Shown piece after piece: positions 37,757 to 40,000 of a DNA stretch of 40,000 bases. The notes under the pieces were generated by a model. That model had not been told where the DNA came from and ran no database searches. It worked only from the letters and a program-made list of their open reading frames with translations. The stretch comes from Bacillus sp. V59.32b (lineage in GTDB: Bacteria; Bacillota; Bacilli; Bacillales; DSM-1321): NCBI RefSeq assembly GCF_003429085.1, contig NZ_QVTC01000003.1:19173-59172 (forward strand), read 5' to 3'. Numbering within the stretch: position 1 is the first letter of the stretch; each line of letters starts with the position of its first letter. Made by a program: the position numbers and the translations under genes.

Positions 37757-38287
37757 ATGAGGGTGTTATTGTATTTAGTTATAATAGTTACAGCTAATGT
37801 GGTGACGGCTGCATTTGCTCCTTTGCATCTTGGTATGTTTATTATACCAATGGGAACATTTTTTATTGGTGCAACTTTTATTTTAAGAGATCTTGTTCAA
37901 AATAAATATGGCCGTCTTAAGACTTACTTGTTTATCGCAATTGCTCTTGTTTTATCAGCAAGTCTATCATTTATGTATGGTGACACACTTCTTATCGTAT
38001 TTGCGTCTGCTATTTCCTTTGCTGTGTCGGAAACTACAGATACTGAAATTTATACTAGGTTAAAATTACCAATGAGTTTGAGAGTTTTTTATAGTGGACT
38101 AGTTGGAGGATTCTTAGATTCGGTTATCTTTGTTGTAATAGGGTTAAGTCCATTGGGCGCTAATTTCTTACCTTGGGAAACTGTTCCAATGGCTATTTTA
38201 GGTCAAGTAATTGTAAAGACAATTATTCAAGGTTTAGCAGCCCTGATTATTAATCAAACGAATAATAGAAAATTGATGTCGAATTAA
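37757..38287 (+). CDS. VUT/YhhQ-family (DUF165) membrane protein, probable queuosine-precursor (preQ0/preQ1) transporter
   Basis: 176 aa with about 5 hydrophobic segments. The motifs TFILRDLVQNKYG and FAVSETTDTEIY resemble the YhhQ/VUT family. RBS AAGGTGGGG. It sits directly after queCDE. Confidence 0.65.
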   Translation: MRVLLYLVIIVTANVVTAAFAPLHLGMFIIPMGTFFIGATFILRDLVQNKYGRLKTYLFIAIALVLSASLSFMYGDTLLIVFASAISFAVSETTDTEIYTRLKLPMSLRVFYSGLVGGFLDSVIFVVIGLSPLGANFLPWETVPMAILGQVIVKTIIQGLAALIINQTNNRKLMSN

Positions 38288-38293
38288 AATTTT

Positions 38294-38322
38294 AGCACTT
38301 ACCAGTCAGTAAGTGCTTTTTT
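38294..38322 (+). terminator. Rho-independent terminator after the transporter gene
   Basis: A perfect 9-bp stem, AGCACTTAC (38294-38302) with GTAAGTGCT (38309-38317), a 6-nt loop, then TTTTTT. Confidence 0.85.
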
Positions 38323-38519
38323 AGTGCACCTGGATGGGTAAAATACGTGTGAGGTACTAACGACTTTCTATATAACAATAAAATCGGAAAATAATCTGAA
38401 AAATACCTGAGAAAGCCTAATGAAAAGAGCTGATTATGTGGTCTTTATATTGCTGACGAACAATCTCAATAAAAACCTCTAAATAAGAAGGGATAGGCGA
38501 AAAATAGCATGCATTTTTT

Positions 38520-38754
38520 AGATCTTCACCATAAGTGGTGGTTTAATATTGATTAACGTAATAGCTCAGTTAATTTTGCAACAAATTTGATTGGAGAGGA
38601 AGGTGCGAGACTCCTGCGGGAAAAGCAGGCCAGGGAAGACCCCGGAGGCGTGCCCTTTGCCGAGGAGGCTCCCGGACTGCCCGCGGTAAGTGAGCGCCTG
38701 GAGCGGAAATCAACGGATAGTCAAATGCTTAAACCATTCTTTTGGTGAAGAATT
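38520..38754. mobile_element. MITE-like non-autonomous element (235 bp) with ~30-bp imperfect terminal inverted repeats, a GC-rich core and an 8-bp target-site duplication
   Basis: The left end AGATCTTCACCATAAGTGGTGGTTTAA (38520-) is the reverse complement, with a few mismatches and one gap, of the right end TTAAACCATTCTTTTGGTGAAGAATT (-38754). Both ends are flanked by the direct repeat CATTTTTT (38512-38519 and 38755-38762). The core 38590-38715 is strikingly GC-rich (…CTCCTGCGGGAAAAGCAGGCCAGGGAAGACCCCGGAGG…). Confidence 0.7.
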
Positions 38755-39381
38755 CATTTTTTGAATAATTGTTAAATTCTGGGATCCCCTATACGTAAAA
38801 ATCAGGGGTCTTTTTAATGTCCAAAACGAATCAACTATACATGCGAAAAACAGGAATTGGAACGCTAATTACCAAACAGGAGATGAAACTGGAACGAGAA
38901 ACAGAATAAAAATAAACAGCACCAAACAAAGAGAGGATTATCAAATTCGATTCCTCCTTTTTTATTCCAGTTTCAGTTATTGATAGCATTGATTTTGATT
39001 TATTGGAACAATCTATGAGGGATAACTCTTTTGTCAGACGGAGGAAGTCCCTTGAGAAAATTAACGCAATCCATATATTTTGCTCTGTTGGCTGTTTTGC
39101 TTGGGGTGCATGCTATGGGCTTGAGGGCTGGTATAATGTCGGAGGCAGAGGAAGAGGTTCATGGCGTCGTACAGCAAAAATTCAAAAATCAAATTGTGGC
39201 GAACAAAATGAGCTGTTAAGAGACAGAAATGCAATACTGGGTGAAGTTGAACAATGGCAAGCAGATTCAAATTCCGGCTTATCTCTATGAAAACGTTGCC
39301 CTGGGTGAGGAAATTTTCTTCGTGAAAACGCAGGGAGGCAGTCTTTATCTCTCAAAAAACGGTTAATAGCAATAGAAAGAA

Positions 39382-39414
39382 GCACATGGACTAATGTTTA
39401 GCCATGTGTTTTTT
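39382..39414 (+). terminator. Rho-independent terminator with no annotated gene upstream
   Basis: GCACATGG (39382-39389) pairs with CCATGTGT (39402-39409, terminal G-U), with a 12-nt loop, followed by TTTTT. Confidence 0.6.
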
Positions 39415-39653
39415 AGCTTGTGCTCATTTCTTGTAGATTTGAATTTGAAATGAGAAATTGAAACGCATTTCAAAATTCACTACGAACTACACCCGTCTTT
39501 TTACCCGAAAAAACAACCATAGATATAAGTTATAGTGCTTAGGTGGTATAGACGACTGTACCTATGTGCTATACCCTTTGATTGTAAGCGATTTCAAATT
39601 AGTTGCTGCTAAAGGCAGCCTTTGATTAATTGACTCAGTAAAAAGGAGGACAC

Positions 39654-40000
39654 ATGAAGAAGAAGACGTTCATCATCACTTCTGTTTGCTCGGTTTTTCT
39701 AGGGAGCACCACGGTTTTAGCTGATGGCAGCGTGCCATTGGTTCCAACCATTGAAAAGCAGGAAAAGCGCTCGTTCATTGATTCTCAGCTGCCTCATCCG
39801 GTATTTACATGGAATACAGCCGTTTTCCCGGCGTCAAGTGTTCTTCATCCCGGCTCGGCAAGGGGAGCCGGGATGGTGGAAGCGCCGCTCCAGGCAATTG
39901 ATCCGATTATACACCAGGCCATTTCAGACAAAGTCATGCCCGGTGCCGTTGCATTTGTAGCCAGAGGAGGCCGGATTGTCAAACATCAGGCCTACGGATA
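39654..40000 (+). CDS. Secreted serine hydrolase / beta-lactamase-family (class C-like, PBP-type) protein, 5' partial (runs off the window)
   Basis: Not in the ORF track because the frame has no stop inside the window. RBS AAAGGAGG (39642-39649) precedes ATG 39654. There is a signal peptide, MKKKTFIITSVCSVFLGSTTVLA. The sequence …VMPGAVAFVARGGRIVKHQAYG is typical of the region just upstream of the SxxK motif in this family. Confidence 0.65.
   Translation, partial: MKKKTFIITSVCSVFLGSTTVLADGSVPLVPTIEKQEKRSFIDSQLPHPVFTWNTAVFPASSVLHPGSARGAGMVEAPLQAIDPIIHQAISDKVMPGAVAFVARGGRIVKHQAYG

Noticed and set aside
39003-39385. Track ORFs 39003-39290, 39031-39219, 39061-39270 and 39182-39385.
   Set aside because: They overlap one another in several frames, with Arg/Gly/Cys/Trp-rich or otherwise implausible translations and no RBS. 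The region is better treated as a non-coding or possible RNA locus, as described in the findings.
1-40000. I looked for a CD-NTase, a CBASS effector, CRISPR arrays, and tRNA or rRNA genes.
   Set aside because: No ORF shows a nucleotidyltransferase GS…DxD pattern of suitable size. No regularly spaced repeats and no tRNA-like cloverleaf candidates were noticed. The QueC/TGT/OGG triad is therefore not part of a recognisable CBASS operon here.

Overview
This 40-kb window looks like a low-GC Firmicute (Bacillaceae-like) chromosome, judging by AGGAGG-type RBSs, a B. subtilis-like queCDE operon and a preQ1-I riboswitch. A large defence and DNA-modification island dominates it.

Left to right:
- 1-1444: the right part of an IS630-family element with a frameshifted transposase, abutting a probably 5'-truncated PD-(D/E)xK nuclease gene.
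- 1808-4078, minus strand: a two-gene pair, a nuclease-DUF2075 ATPase and a MazG-like pyrophosphohydrolase.
- 4.5-35.4 kb, all plus strand: a Dpd-like 7-deazaguanine island.
- 35.6-38.3 kb: a riboswitch-controlled queC-queD-queE operon without queF, then a VUT/YhhQ-type transporter gene.
- 38520-38754: a 235-bp MITE-like element with an 8-bp target-site duplication.
- 39654-40000: the 5' part of a secreted serine-hydrolase gene.

The right half of the island (17.5-33.1 kb) has the order SNF2 helicase, RecQ-like helicase, wHTH protein, giant P-loop ATPase, small coiled-coil protein, 1486-aa DEAD helicase, PLD nuclease. This matches DpdE-K as I recall it, with one extra 753-aa gene at the end.

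The left half (4.5-17.1 kb) is much more AT-rich and non-canonical. I found no DGQHR/ParB-like DpdB and no recognisable DpdC. It carries instead:
- a tightly coupled operon: a Gly-rich small protein, an Ogg2-like HhH glycosylase, a PfkB kinase fused to a nucleoside 2-deoxyribosyltransferase, and a QueC paralog
- two DpdA/TGT-like paralogs, one fused to an unknown ~300-aa N-terminal domain
- a second paralogous wHTH + giant ATPase pair

The QueC-like/TGT-like/OGG combination recalls the ancillary genes of type IV CBASS, but no CD-NTase is present. I consider this left module the most likely undescribed system.

Decayed, nested IS3 and IS256 remnants (7.99-9.19 kb) split the module. All family calls rest on motifs read by eye from the translations; no searches were run.
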